DNA of 64,000 nt. Source: Paragordius varius. Taxonomy: Eukaryota > Animalia > Nematomorpha. The position numbers were made by a program, and so were the translations under genes. Below the pieces are notes generated by a model, which was not told where the DNA came from, ran no database searches, and was given only the letters and a program-made list of their open reading frames with translations. Each line of letters starts with the position of its first letter. Position 1 is the first letter of the stretch. The stretch spans positions 9,982,001 to 10,046,000 of the forward strand of contig OZ176050.1 in assembly GCA_964247055.1 (NCBI GenBank), read 5' to 3'. Below, in pieces: positions 44,301-55,655 of the stretch.

Positions 44301-44887
44301 TTATATGAGAGACGCGTCAACGTAGTATACCGTTCAATGTCAAGATAGGTGAAAATTGAAAAACCCGTACAAATTGGAATTCCATAATACGAAGCTAATG
44401 GACTGACGACTATCAAATCTTTAAAACAAGCTGGCCCAATGATAAAATTTATTCGTTGTTGAAGCTTGTTTATGATATCTGCTATGGAACCTACGGCTAG
44501 AGAAGGGCTACATTTGCGAGCTAAGTCAGAGCTAAAGGGCATAGGCAAATAATTTCGATATTTGGATGTCGACATGTTATATGAAGATTCATTAATGATG
44601 TCATAAACTGGACTTCTGTCATACAATTCATTTTTAGTCTTGTAATATTCTAATTTGCTATAATTTCTTCCGTTTATTATAAGTGTACTATATGCATTTA
44701 CGTTGGACAACTCCATTGCTGGGTTATAAAAAATTGTGTTTTTGCGTAACGCTAAGCCTTTATCTTTATGTAAATCATTAAAATATTCAATAGCCAAATC
44801 GATAGCAGGTTCAACCTTTTTACGGTACACTAAACTAGATGGGTCATCATTCAGTATCAGTAACATCATTAATATGGTTATATTCAT
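41375..44887 (-). CDS. Receptor (membrane) guanylyl cyclase, natriuretic-peptide-receptor-like architecture, single exon, ~1170 aa
   Basis: Uninterrupted ORF. First ATG is at 44887 (MNITILMMLLIL, hydrophobic leader); the track's 44923 start is a TTG. Extracellular domain (FIIGPAC, FKGITGNVSID.GDRYTDF), one TM (LLISLLSYLGISLAIFIGY), kinase-homology domain (HENLCKFIG, WHGRL), coiled coil, cyclase domain (FYSDIVGFT, KIETIGDAYM, RIGIHTGP, MPRYCLFG). Confidence 0.93.
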   Translation of the reverse strand: MNITILMMLLILNDDPSSLVYRKKVEPAIDLAIEYFNDLHKDKGLALRKNTIFYNPAMELSNVNAYSTLIINGRNYSKLEYYKTKNELYDRSPVYDIINESSYNMSTSKYRNYLPMPFSSDLARKCSPSLAVGSIADIINKLQQRINFIIGPACFKDLIVVSPLASYYGIPICTGFSIFTYLDIERYTTLTRLSYNMHVQANTLIATLLYYKHYELVIICDASWKTGMEVTANLAIYIKADPSNINLRVTYISSNTTNKASHTLDLLHKLSKMTRAILLLVDDDKIRHFLILSFKSKMMFLFLTIDLHLRVVYPSRPWNKGKPDDYIALKAYSNLLVIRLRNENTTEWQTFDQKVRRQALIKYNYLYDEPMNYFVGSFHDCVIMYAMSVLFNSTPPTISPNMFWNKTFKGITGNVSIDYQGDRYTDFSIYGMYDNKLGNVGLVANFFGLTNQLKWIRKVDWSSGIPVQGNKMCIIKGTREIKRCPIFVKIITYKPFLNLLISLLSYLGISLAIFIGYRMYVRKYNVFRLNEPKWQLKAEDINMRWNAVNPNNISSSMSTTSFANSNIFSRNGLYKNNINITIYAIPQCGSIAVAGKFKDEINQLHKINHENLCKFIGILNQMDKFLVAYNFVSNLSLSNLLAKPNFSLDMVLKLSIINDVIKGLTFLHQSPIKWHGRLTSRQIIIDNRFCAKIIGFGVSSFFERYTKYKCAVNPVKFYLTFLWRAPENIKGVKIINLDKRELFIDEKTVKFMVNSQSNDVYALGIIITEILTQRPPFYYNFQKWLEGNNDNNNKNVTKLDHSNIISYSVFLDKSNINSSEQLYATYLLKILSNGKINQSNKTYIQPLLGPMELEVKVEDQITINMSKLNKIIDRCLERPNMRYHMKLVGQAYRNMTNKINFNHIFDLMLEKLDDYTCTLERKLHENIKNYRIEKARVDKYLSAILPREIAEALKVGKSIEPEEYKNITIFYSDIVGFTKLAAQLTPFEIIDFLNEVYTSFDKMASKLDVYKIETIGDAYMIVSGAPKRNGNLHVREICRFALGIRDVIAQRNKDLLAKKTSLNLKIDEPNNINHKSEMFYEIRIGIHTGPCAAGIVGKIMPRYCLFGETILIANHMESSGLPMKIQLSRESKKALKDFPSFVAIRRNDKKDTNLINTNDMETYWLIKECR

Positions 44888-45672
44888 TTTGGTAAGAAAC
44901 AATTTTAAGGTGTCGTGCCACAAATAATTTTAGCACATTGACGATAAATAAAATCGTGATTTGGTTAGATTGATAGAAAGAGAAGAATAATAATTAACCA
45001 ATAATGCATTAATATATTTTATTTATTGCTTTCACACAATGATATAACTAGTATTTATATACAAAAGAATTCCTTTAAAATCTATAAAAATCCCAATTTT
45101 ATCAGTTATTATAACTTTTAGATATATATTAACCAATATTTATCAGACTCAATAGTTAAATTGTTTAAAAGGCCTACTCTAGTGTGACTAAGACAAAATT
45201 ACCTATTAATGTGAGCTGATGTGCCGAGTTAAGTTTGCTAAATGACATTGTGAATGAGCCAGCTTAAATAAACTATATAAACATATTTTCCTTCAATCTA
45301 AGTTTTGAAACTCTACAAAAATAGTGCAAAATTTTTAAATTTTGAACATTAGGCCGGTCCTACAACAAAAGGCCTGGTTTAAGCATCATATGGGACTCAT
45401 TTATTTGAAACAGCTCCGAATTTTGATATTTTGAATTAAATTCAAATCATTGTAAAAAGCACATATAAAAATAATTAGAATAACTTTAAGGTAAATTGAA
45501 GGTAGTTTAATCAGTAAGTTTTAAAGGATATATTTGGTAAATTTGATTCATATGTATTGATTATTATTTTATTATGCTCAAACGTTTTTAAACTTATTAT
45601 AAAAAACTTTAAATCGACAATATTGGCCATATAATAGAAAATACATTTAAATAATAGATTGCATTAAGAAAT

Positions 45673-45676
<4 letters not shown>

Positions 45677-45730
<54 letters not shown>
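45677..45730. repeat. (TA)n microsatellite
   Basis: About 27 TA units upstream of the guanylyl cyclase. Confidence 0.95.
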
Positions 45731-45737
<7 letters not shown>

Positions 45738-46592
45738 CATAACCTTATACTGCAATCAACAATGACTTCCCTAATTTTGTTATTTTAAAAGCAATTATAT
45801 GAAACCGCTGCTCGTAATTTAAGGCCAGTGTGATGGAGCGTTGCTGCTCCCAGCACAAACTCTTTCTATATTGCATTGTTTTTAAATATCGGGTCCTGTC
45901 AGTTTTTTGCGGGGGACCATTCTTTTGAAATTATAGTTTTGCCACTGCATAATGTTGTAATTCAGTCATAAAAATAGCTTTTTGCTAAATCATGAGTCAT
46001 AATCAAGGATATGCTAAATTAGTTTATTGCTAGAATAAGGTTATGATGAATATGTTAAAAATATTTTGCATCGTGGTGAATGAGAGATTTACAAGAGAAC
46101 TTGTAGTTCTAATAAAATTGGCCCATATTTTATTGAATATCAATATTTTCCTGAAATTGTTGAGCAGGGGCCAGAATTTGGCTTAACACTTAGAATGTTT
46201 TCCTTAAAGATCGCTGAAAATGAATTTAATCCAGCCAATTAGTTTACGAAGTATATTCTTATTTTTTTACTGTATTAAGAAATTTTATTTTTGTAAATTA
46301 GTATTTAGGAAAAAATTCATATTTTAAGGTTTTTTTATTTAGTTCAATATTTATTCACATGTAACCCACAAACCAAATTAACAGCCAAATATTTTACCCA
46401 AGAGAAAAAATCTAAATCTCTAAATGGTAATAAATCGTTTAAATCATTAGATTTAAATATATTTGGTTTTATTTATTCATATTTTTGGATGGAATGACAT
46501 TTAGAAACCAAAAACAAAATTGGGAAAAACCATGATAAAAAATCATAAAAATAAAATGGCCAAATAACTGATTTTTTGTTTTTGGCCATATA

Positions 46593-47747
46593 CACTGTGC
46601 GAAAAAAAGATGGTTAATTTTTTTAACAAAATATTTTTTTCATGAGATAGCTTATGACCAGCGAATTCATTTGACGCAAAAATTTTAATTTGTTGACGAC
46701 TTAGTTTTTGAAATATCAAAAGAAAATCGAAATCGGACAATGAGATATAATAGTTTATTATCTATTTAGGAGATAAATCTTAAATCATATAGATAGGGTT
46801 TCTAACTCTCAGTTCAAAAGATGGCGTTATTCTTTTGACACAATTAAAAGACAAAAATTTTTTTTATGAAACTATATTAAAATAATTTTTTTATTAATAG
46901 CTAAACTCACTATTAAAATCTTAACTAATTCATATTTTATTCAATAAAAAAACTTATGTATTAAAATAAAAATAAAAAATAACGTTTTTTATTTTTTCAT
47001 TTTTTTGTCATCTGGTTTATTGTATAAAAATTACAGATTTATTTTGGAATCTTACATGAGTGTGATAAAGTATATAATTTATGCAAGATAAAAATAGTAA
47101 AATATCAACAGTAAGAGAATATCAACCAACAATCCTTACAAATCCCAATTAAGATATTAATGTTGTAAAACAAACTTTTTACAGGGATTTGTAAGCATTT
47201 ATGGTTCAAATTCCACTTTTTTGAGTCCTATTTTGCATAAATTATATAGTTTATAATTTGATGTAAGTAAAATAAAACAGTATAAATTTATTATACACTC
47301 ATAAACCAGATGACAAAAAAATGAAAAAACCTAATATTTTTTGATTTTTATATATAACTTCTTCTATGAAGAAAATATGAGGTTAAGATTTTAATTGTGA
47401 TAGCTAGTAAATAATTAAATAAAATTCATTAAAATTTTTTGTCTTTTAAGTATGTTAAAAAAAAGCCATCTTTTGAGATGAAATTTTATAGTAACCCTAA
47501 CTATATGATTTTAGGCTATTTATATATTGAAAATATCTACAAAATGATAATAAACCATAATATCTCAAATTTTATCATTAATTTTTAATTTATACTTAAT
47601 TTTCACTTTTTGCCCGATTTCGATTTTCTCTTAATATTTCAAAAACTAGGTCGTAAACAAATAAAAAATTTAACGGCAAATGAATACGCTGGTCATAAGC
47701 TATCTCATGAAAAAAAAATATTTTGTTAAAATTTTTTTTGCACAATG
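46593..47747. mobile_element. ~1.15-kb imperfect foldback (palindromic) element with Tc1-like ends
   Basis: TA|CACTGTGCGAAAAAAA...TTTTTTTTGCACAATG|TA. Mirrored blocks run through both arms: CATGAGATAGCTTATGACCAGCG / CGCTGGTCATAAGCTATCTCATG, GAAAATCGAAATCGG / CCGATTTCGATTTTC, TTTTTTGTCATCTGGTTTAT / ATAAACCAGATGACAAAAAA. Confidence 0.88.
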
Positions 47748-48859
47748 TATATATACCATGTACACGTAAATTCTACCTAACGTTTCGAATTCATCTACAA
47801 TTGACCCTTGAACGTTTTAGTTTTACCTACGAACATTTGTATTTAGATATCGAATTCACCTTTCAACTCTTCTAATTTACTAACATTTTTAAACCCCAAA
47901 AATTAACAGTTTTTGAAAAAATAACTCACAACACAAAATATTTGTTTTTTAATTTATGACTTTTTTCAAAAACAAATATTTTTTATCCATAATCAGTTTA
48001 TTATGAATAGGATTTTAAATGTTAGAGGTCGAATTTGAATTAAAAATAGTATAATCAAAGACGCAGAAGAGGATATTAAATAAATTTACTATTTACATTT
48101 ATGGAATTATTCAAAAGAGAAAAGTAATTTTATAACTAAATAGCATGCCTTAAACTAACAAGAGGTACTCATGTAGGGCCAAATAACTCGAGCTTCATTA
48201 GATATATTTGGAATTTATATTAGTCCAATCTAAGCTTTTGCTAATTTCAACCTAAGTTTGTTGACTCCACAACTTGTTATCCAATTAAGAGTTAGTGGAG
48301 GCATCCAATATTTTGCAGTCAGGGCATATTAATAATAAAAAGATGATAATCAGATGATTAACACATTTTGGTTTTGTGCATTATGGCGTTTAATATACAA
48401 ATTTCTTTCCCTATAATTAAAACCTCTTATTCACTCTACATATTATATGTCCTAAAATGCATAGATAACAATTTTTTGATTACCGATTTACATATAAACT
48501 CCGAAAAATGTAATAAAAAGTGGCGAACCTTTTATCAAGGCCGTTTGTCTTTTGTGTTTTATGAAAATTCGCGTCTTCTGCCTCGTACACTTTTTTAATT
48601 GTTTTCTTTTAATAAAGCTTTTGATACTGGATAAAATGCTACAAGCAGCATCAACTTTTGAATTATATCAATAATAATATCACTTTTTTAAAGTAATAAA
48701 ATTTTCTTAGAATATTAAAAATGGGTGACAAAATGGTTAAATGTGTAATAATTATGATGATTTAAAGTAAATTTATTATATTTGATGATTATGGAAAATA
48801 TATATATTTATATAGAAATGGTGCAATTTTGACCGTCAAACAAAGAGTGGTGCTGATGT

Positions 48860-51352
48860 CTATGCATAAAAATTCACCTCAATTTTTTTATCTTTTAAAA
48901 GATAACCGTGAAAGGCAGTCAAAGCTTTTTGCGCCAAACTCGTGTTTGGAAATGAAAGTATGGCTTCGTTCAGTGATTTTCCGCTCTTATCGTGTGGCAT
49001 TTGAATCGTTTGGGCCAGACAGTGGTGTGGCTTAAACAATTTAATTATTTCATCCGCACTGACACCATCGGGTAAATTGGTAATTTTCAATCTTGCCACA
49101 TGAGCTGAGCGAGGTGGATTCCTTTGTGATATTCCAATTGTTGATTTGCGTGGCATACCTGAAAACATTGAACCATTTGAAAGGAAGGGAGGAACGCCTG
49201 ATTGCGGCTGGGGAAAACGAGAATTATTAGAAGGATATCTCATACGAGTTGAGTTTGCATTCATGGTTGGTTGTATATGTGAAGCCACCTGATTAGGGAA
49301 ATTATTTGGCTGAATACCGAATGGGGGAGCAAAATTGGCATTATTGTTAGTATTTAATAAAACGTTGTTAGTTCCATCGTTATTATTGTTGTTTGGAATA
49401 ACACCGTTAATCAAATTTTGCCCATTCGTGTTTAAATATGCATTTTCAGTTGGTGTAGAATATGGTGATTTACCAATGGATATTATATTTTGTTGGTCAC
49501 AGTTAGTTAAGTTATCTTTGGATAGCCAATTGATTGGATCATATTTATTTAAATATTCCGCAATCTCCGTTAAAGCAAAAGCTGGCACAACTCTAATCAT
49601 AGATCCGTGCAAAATAGTCCCATTCAAAGCTGCGATTGCTTGATAAGCCTCATTCGCATTGAAAAATTCGATAAAGCATTCACCTGCAGGCTGTCCATTT
49701 TTTCGCAATATATGAATTTCTTTTGGTTTAAAATTTTTCGTGGACAAATGATTAATAATATCATTTATCCTTACTGTTTGTGGTATTCCATTAACATGTA
49801 TAGCTGCCAATTTATTATCGCCCGCTGTTATGACTTTTCTACTATCGTTATTATTAGCAAATTTATTATTGTTAATTAGCTGGATGTTTTGTTGAACCAA
49901 CCTAATTACATCAGATTTTTTAATCGGATCAATGACAATATACCTATCGAACAAAACAGATCGATGCATATCCAACGCTTTTTTATAATCTGCTACATTA
50001 GTAAATTCGACGTAAGCCGTACCCATGGATTTATTTTGCTCATTACATTCTAAATGGATATTTGTAATAGGGAAACCGAAAAAGCTTTGAATATCATTCG
50101 TGGTAGCTTTGAATGATAAATTCTTGATTCGAATGCAAAATTCAAGCTCATTTGAAATTTGCTGATCATTCTGGTAGGTTTGTGAATCATAACTAATACG
50201 ACTGTTGACCGTAAAGGAGTCATTGTGAGCCTCGTCCCAAGCTTTAAAATCTGATTTAAAAACATCAATCCTATTTTTGCTATCTAAAAATCGTTTACCG
50301 TTGTAGTTAAAAGCAGTTTGATAATGTTTTTCGTTTGTGAATCGGATAAGAATTTTTCCATTTTTATAACCGTTACGATCCTTTAGATAAATTATTGAAC
50401 TTGGTTCAAGGTAACATTCAGAAAAAAACTGTAATATGTCCAACATGTTTGCTCTTTCCGGAAAATTACGAGCCATAGCATAGTAAAAAGTAGGCGTGTG
50501 TTGCATGTATGTACTAAGAGTATTATTAATGTTTGCTGCGGCCAAAAGGGGATTCAAAAAATTATTTGGCATCAACGTATTTGAGAGAAAATTGTTCAAG
50601 AGAGGAACGGCAAAATTCATTGCTGCAGGTGTAGTAGGTGCCATGCTCATGTTACCCAGTGGGTTAAACATATTACCATTTTGTAACTGATAAGAATCCG
50701 TATTATTATTCAAATTATAATTATTAACACCAATGGTATTATCAGCTGAATAACCATTCAAATTTGGAGTATTAGAAATTTGTTGACCGGCGGCATCATT
50801 CAAGTTTTGTGCTTTATATTCGGTTTTGGGGATGGATGCAGTGCTCGTGACATATGCCTGGGGTGAAACTGTTATATGGTTGGGCGATTTAGTGTATTCC
50901 TGAAACACCTTTTTATTGGGTTCGGGTGAACGAGTTTGGCTACGGTCCCGTTTATATGGAATGTGGACGTTAGCTCGTAGTGAGCTATTATCTACATTAC
51001 TACTAACAAAACTAGCTTTATCGTTCGTTGTGACAACTTTGTGAGTCAAACTTTGCTGAGTCATGGCCGCCATAAGCTTAGCTTGTCGCTCACGCGCTGC
51101 CAAAATGATATTTTGCATTTCAGTTTTGGAAGAAAGGAGCAATTTTATTGGGACATCCTTAATTTTATGATTGCTCATATTCATAGCTTGTCTAGCATCC
51201 TCATCTGTAGCAAAGCCAATGAATGCGTCCCCTAACTCACCTCCTACAATGTGAACACCGCCTTCGGGAATTTTAAGACCCTTAAAAAATTCACGAATAT
51301 CCAAAGAATCAGCTGCAAGTGGCAAATTTTGCAATCTTATAATAACAGCCAT
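48860..51352 (-). CDS. RBM12: RBM12/RBM12B-like RNA-binding protein, ~5 RRM-like domains, single coding exon, 830 aa
   Basis: N-terminus MAVIIRLQNLPLAADSLDIREFFKGLKIPEGGVHIVGGELGDAFIGFATDEDARQAM matches the RBM12 family start. Further RRM-like units with RNP1-like motifs (GKILIRF, GTAYVEF, GECFIEF, NEAILSF) are separated by N/Q/P-rich linkers. Confidence 0.92.
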   Translation of the reverse strand: MAVIIRLQNLPLAADSLDIREFFKGLKIPEGGVHIVGGELGDAFIGFATDEDARQAMNMSNHKIKDVPIKLLLSSKTEMQNIILAARERQAKLMAAMTQQSLTHKVVTTNDKASFVSSNVDNSSLRANVHIPYKRDRSQTRSPEPNKKVFQEYTKSPNHITVSPQAYVTSTASIPKTEYKAQNLNDAAGQQISNTPNLNGYSADNTIGVNNYNLNNNTDSYQLQNGNMFNPLGNMSMAPTTPAAMNFAVPLLNNFLSNTLMPNNFLNPLLAAANINNTLSTYMQHTPTFYYAMARNFPERANMLDILQFFSECYLEPSSIIYLKDRNGYKNGKILIRFTNEKHYQTAFNYNGKRFLDSKNRIDVFKSDFKAWDEAHNDSFTVNSRISYDSQTYQNDQQISNELEFCIRIKNLSFKATTNDIQSFFGFPITNIHLECNEQNKSMGTAYVEFTNVADYKKALDMHRSVLFDRYIVIDPIKKSDVIRLVQQNIQLINNNKFANNNDSRKVITAGDNKLAAIHVNGIPQTVRINDIINHLSTKNFKPKEIHILRKNGQPAGECFIEFFNANEAYQAIAALNGTILHGSMIRVVPAFALTEIAEYLNKYDPINWLSKDNLTNCDQQNIISIGKSPYSTPTENAYLNTNGQNLINGVIPNNNNNDGTNNVLLNTNNNANFAPPFGIQPNNFPNQVASHIQPTMNANSTRMRYPSNNSRFPQPQSGVPPFLSNGSMFSGMPRKSTIGISQRNPPRSAHVARLKITNLPDGVSADEIIKLFKPHHCLAQTIQMPHDKSGKSLNEAILSFPNTSLAQKALTAFHGYLLKDKKIEVNFYA

Positions 51353-53648
51353 GAGGATCTCTATACAAAAAACGAATAAAATTTAATATATTATATAACG
51401 GGAATTTTAAATAAACGGATACAGTATCGAGCACTATTATAAGCCATATTTGTAATTAATGACTAAAAGTCTATTTAATTTTGTCAAGCAGCCATGTATT
51501 AAATAATTTTTTATTAGTTACAAATTTAATTAAGGACAGTTTTACTGGAATTTTCAAAAATATAATTAACGAATCTCATACCTAGCTACTCTTTTAGATA
51601 TTTAAAATACAGATATGGCCTAATTCTCTTATTAATATAAAATGTTTAACCTATAATTAAAATCATAAAAAAACTTCTGCATATTTACATAAGTAGATAA
51701 CAACGACTTTTAACAAATTCGGTGTAAATTAAGCTTTTACTTACTGTACAATAATTATATTTATAGTTTATGCACCATAAGCATTTTATTACTTTAGCTG
51801 AAAGTTAAATAACAAAAAGGTGGGCTCTTAGCTAAACCGTTATTTTAATTGTCTCAAAAAACAGATGTTAAAGAAATGTATTAACCAAAAATTGTTTATA
51901 TTGATTTAAAAGTAGATATTATTCTTAATAATCTTAATTAGATATTTAATTTTCAGTAATACAAAACTAAACGTATCTGTGCTTTTTAATTAAAAAAATT
52001 CAAAATTATTTTTTTTATTCATTAATTGGCAGAATTAATCATAATAATTTTATTTAGCTGGGGCATAGGTTGGCGTTCGAAGATTATATTAAATTAATAA
52101 AGACCACATATAAAAAGTGTCAATGTTAAGATAAGCGCCTAGTACATAAGCTTGTTTTTAAATACCTGCTGGTATGTATTTTGATATCGAGTAAAGAGAT
52201 TGAACTTGTTAGTTTAATTCTTTTTATAATTAAAGTAATTTTTCAACAATAGTTCAAAGTATTCATCATGAAAATGAGTTTTATGAAGAATATTAGATGC
52301 ACATTCATTAAAAATTTAAAAAAATATGTCATATTTAATAAAATTTAGCGACACCACGGCATTAATGGTAGCGAAATCCATCGTTTTTTTGCAACATCAT
52401 ACTATATTTAATGGACGCCAATTTAATTATTTTTAAAGTACAAGGAAAATTTTTAATAGCCCTTACTTGTTTAATCTTTTCCATATAACACAACACTCTT
52501 GTTCTTAGTTAAAAATACCATAGGACATTGTGTCCATAACTCATCGTTATCTGTTTGGTTGTTTAATTAAAAGTTTCATGTGATATAAATAGGTAATATT
52601 GCCTAGGTTACAACGTGATTATGAGACATAAAATTTTTGTAAATTACCCGTAGATATTTAAAAATGGTTGTAAGGTAAACCATTTTTAATCAAAATAACT
52701 GTTTTCACTTGAATTATGGTACATGCGAAAAAGTAAAATTAGAAATAATGACATTTTTATATTTGTCAGGATCCTGATGCTGAATATCATCTAAATTACA
52801 GAGCCTAAGAATAGCCGATTTTGCTTATATTATGGTTATGTATATTTTATTGGAAATTCTTAATGTTTTAAATCAGAATTGTTGTAATGTGTGTTTTGAT
52901 CTCAAAGTTAAAATCCTTTTCAAGACGAAACTCGGAAATTATAACTGAAAGTGCTAGAAAATATAGGCAAATTTAGTACTTAATGAATTGTTAGAAATTG
53001 AACCAACTTAAAATCTCTAAAGTCAAACTCAAGTTCCAGCAGAATATAAGGCTATATCGCTTGGCATTCGAAGTCTAATTTTGAGTTCGCTGTATGTGAA
53101 GATTTATTATATTTTAAATACTCAATGCCTTCATAAACGACAGGATCAGGGTTAAGTATGACCGGTTACAAGATCGTTTAAATAATAGAAAAATCTTAAA
53201 ATTCTGATAAAATTATTAGTTAGACAATAATTTTTGTACAATCGCTATATCTTAAGATACGTATTTTAACCCTTAAATGCCATAATTTAGTTTATAGATT
53301 TGTTTTTTAAAAAATGATTTTGACATTATAAGTTTTAGCATTTACATGAAGGAACATCGTTATTGTATATGGGTATTTAGTGAAAAATAGGATTACGTTT
53401 AAAATAGTAAAACGTGGGAAAATATTAAATATACTAATTGCTTTCAATTAGTATATTGAATACATTTATGCTTTTTTGCATTTTTTTGGTGCGATGAAAA
53501 TTCCAATGATATTTAAAATTTTTTAGCTTTGGGAATTCGCTTATGAAACTTAATGATCGATTAATTATTTATGTTTGCAAATTTATGGTGATACTTTTAA
53601 TAATCAACTGACTTGTTTGTTCTAGTTTACCAGATTTGTTTAAGACTC

Positions 53649-53945
53649 CATTACCTTTTGGGGGCAAATAAATGTATATTATGGTTATTAAATTTTCTTA
53701 TAAAAGCTATTAGGCTACATTTTACCAACAAAAACTTATATTTTAGTTGTAATATCAGCAGTTCATTTCAATCGTGTTTTAAAGCCATCTCAATTTTAGA
53801 CTCTAGCAGTCATAAAACTGTAAAAAATACATGCTTTACAATCTATATGAGAACAATATATGATAATTAAATTTTAACTATTTAAAACTAAATTTTTTTA
53901 CAAATTGAGACAAAACTAGCTAAATATGTAAACCAGGACAAAAAA
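53649..53945. mobile_element. MITE family C, internally deleted copy
   Basis: CATTACCTTTTGGGG start and shared blocks CCAACAAAAACTT.ATATTTT, ATCGTGTTTT, AACTGTAAAAAATA, GGACAAAAAAG. Confidence 0.6.
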
Positions 53946-54297
53946 GTGAAAAGGTAATGAAGTGTTTTATTATATTTATTAACAATCTATGTAAAATAGT
54001 GATCATCTCTTATAATTGGAATTCAGAATAAATCTGAAATTAAAAAACAGGTAATTATTAGGAATAAATGGATTGCGAGCAAACAATATTTATTAAAATT
54101 AAGAGACAGTAGATATTTTAAAGAATTTTCCTATCAAATACTTAAATGACATAACATTCTATTGGTTGACGCTGACATCTATTTTATAAGTGTATCAATG
54201 TTTTTTAACCAGAGCTAATTAAATTTCGGTCAAAAGTCCGACTGCTTCTTAATACAGTTAATTATGGTCATAAGCAGTAAACTAATCCCATATTAGG

Positions 54298-54299
<2 letters not shown>

Positions 54300-54330
<31 letters not shown>
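54300..54330. repeat. (TA)n microsatellite
   Basis: About 15 TA units. Confidence 0.9.
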
Positions 54331-54337
<7 letters not shown>

Positions 54338-55561
54338 ATAATTTTGAAACGATTAATAAAAAAACTAAATCAAATAACCATTTTTACAAGTATAATTGTC
54401 ATTTTTTAGAGCTGATAAATATATTTATTACTAGATTAAATGATCTCATGTCAGTTATACATTGCCAAACGGTCAAACCCAAACATAATCGCAGAATATT
54501 GAAAGGGAAAAATATGAAAAAATGGAAAGATATAGCACAGCGATGAAAGAATTTAATTGACATGATTAGAATAAAGCAGGGGTATGCAAAAGGCGGATTT
54601 CTAAAAGTAACCCGCAAGAAATTCAAAAAATACCAAATACAGAATTTAAAATTTAAAAATTTATGCGAAATCTTAAGTAAAATTGATATTTTAAATGGAA
54701 AAAGTCTAGTATCTTTTTTGATTTTTTAACATAGAAGCCATTTTTTGGAGGCGCTACCTTAAAACATATTTTTTACAATGTTGCACGTCTAATTGTCCCC
54801 TAGATACAATTAATTTGTTACGCTTATGTTTTTGATGGTTTTTTAATTTTAAAAACATTTCCCTCTATTAATTATTCGGATATACATTAAGATTAATAAA
54901 TTAATATCACGAAAAAACAAATAAATATGCAAAAGAAAAATGATTAGCACATGTTTAATAAATTATGTAACAAATACCATATACTACCACTGATGAATCC
55001 TTTCAAAGCATTTCGATTCCAATTGGGGTATCGAAATACCCCAAGCAATATTTAAATTAATATTTTTTAAAAAAAAACAATTTAAATTTATGCTTATATC
55101 CAAATAATTATATATATTAGCCAAAATATTTAAATAAAATTTATTAAAGTTCCGTATCAAACTACTTGGACGCCATTTTATTTACATTTTGGCAAAATAT
55201 CGTGTTTGTTTGGTTTAGCTTAATAATAAGTTAACCTTTTATTAAAATCACATTAAACATAAACAGAAAAAGCGGTATATTTTACTTATGCAATCTTGGC
55301 TAAATTTTACTCTTTCGGTTTTCCTGAATAGAAATATCAAGTATTTTTGAATATTCCGGTTCATTAATCTTATATAGGTGCAAACTTTGGCCATGGTTTT
55401 AATTTATTCCATATTTTTTGAAATGTTTATATAAATCTAACCACTCCAATTTGAATCGAAGGACTTATATTAAAGCGTTGTATAAAAGTGTTAACATATT
55501 TTAACCATGTACTATATTTTTCCTTTTGGATATTTATTTGTTTTTTATGATATTCATTTAC

Positions 55562-55655
55562 CGTAGTGTATGGAATAAACAATGTTAATCCAAAAAAGAA
55601 TAAAAAATATTTTTTTCTTTTATGGACTAACAGTGTTTTATGCCATACGCTGCTG
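55562..55655. mobile_element. MITE family B, shortened decayed copy
   Basis: Ends in TTTTATGCCATACGCTGCTG|TA; left end CGTAGTGTATGGAATAAAC resembles the family B TIR. Confidence 0.65.

Noticed and set aside
44888-44923. N-terminal extension MWHDTLKLFLTK of the cyclase
   Set aside because: It begins at TTG, which is not a normal eukaryotic start; the ATG at 44887 precedes the hydrophobic leader.
41664-51235. Plus-strand ORFs antisense to the guanylyl cyclase and RBM12
   Set aside because: Shadow frames of real minus-strand genes, mostly with non-ATG starts and no recognisable domains.
54430-54640. Plus-strand frame resembling a LINE C-terminus (KKWKDIAQR)
   Set aside because: Too short and interrupted to assign; recorded only as a possible remnant.
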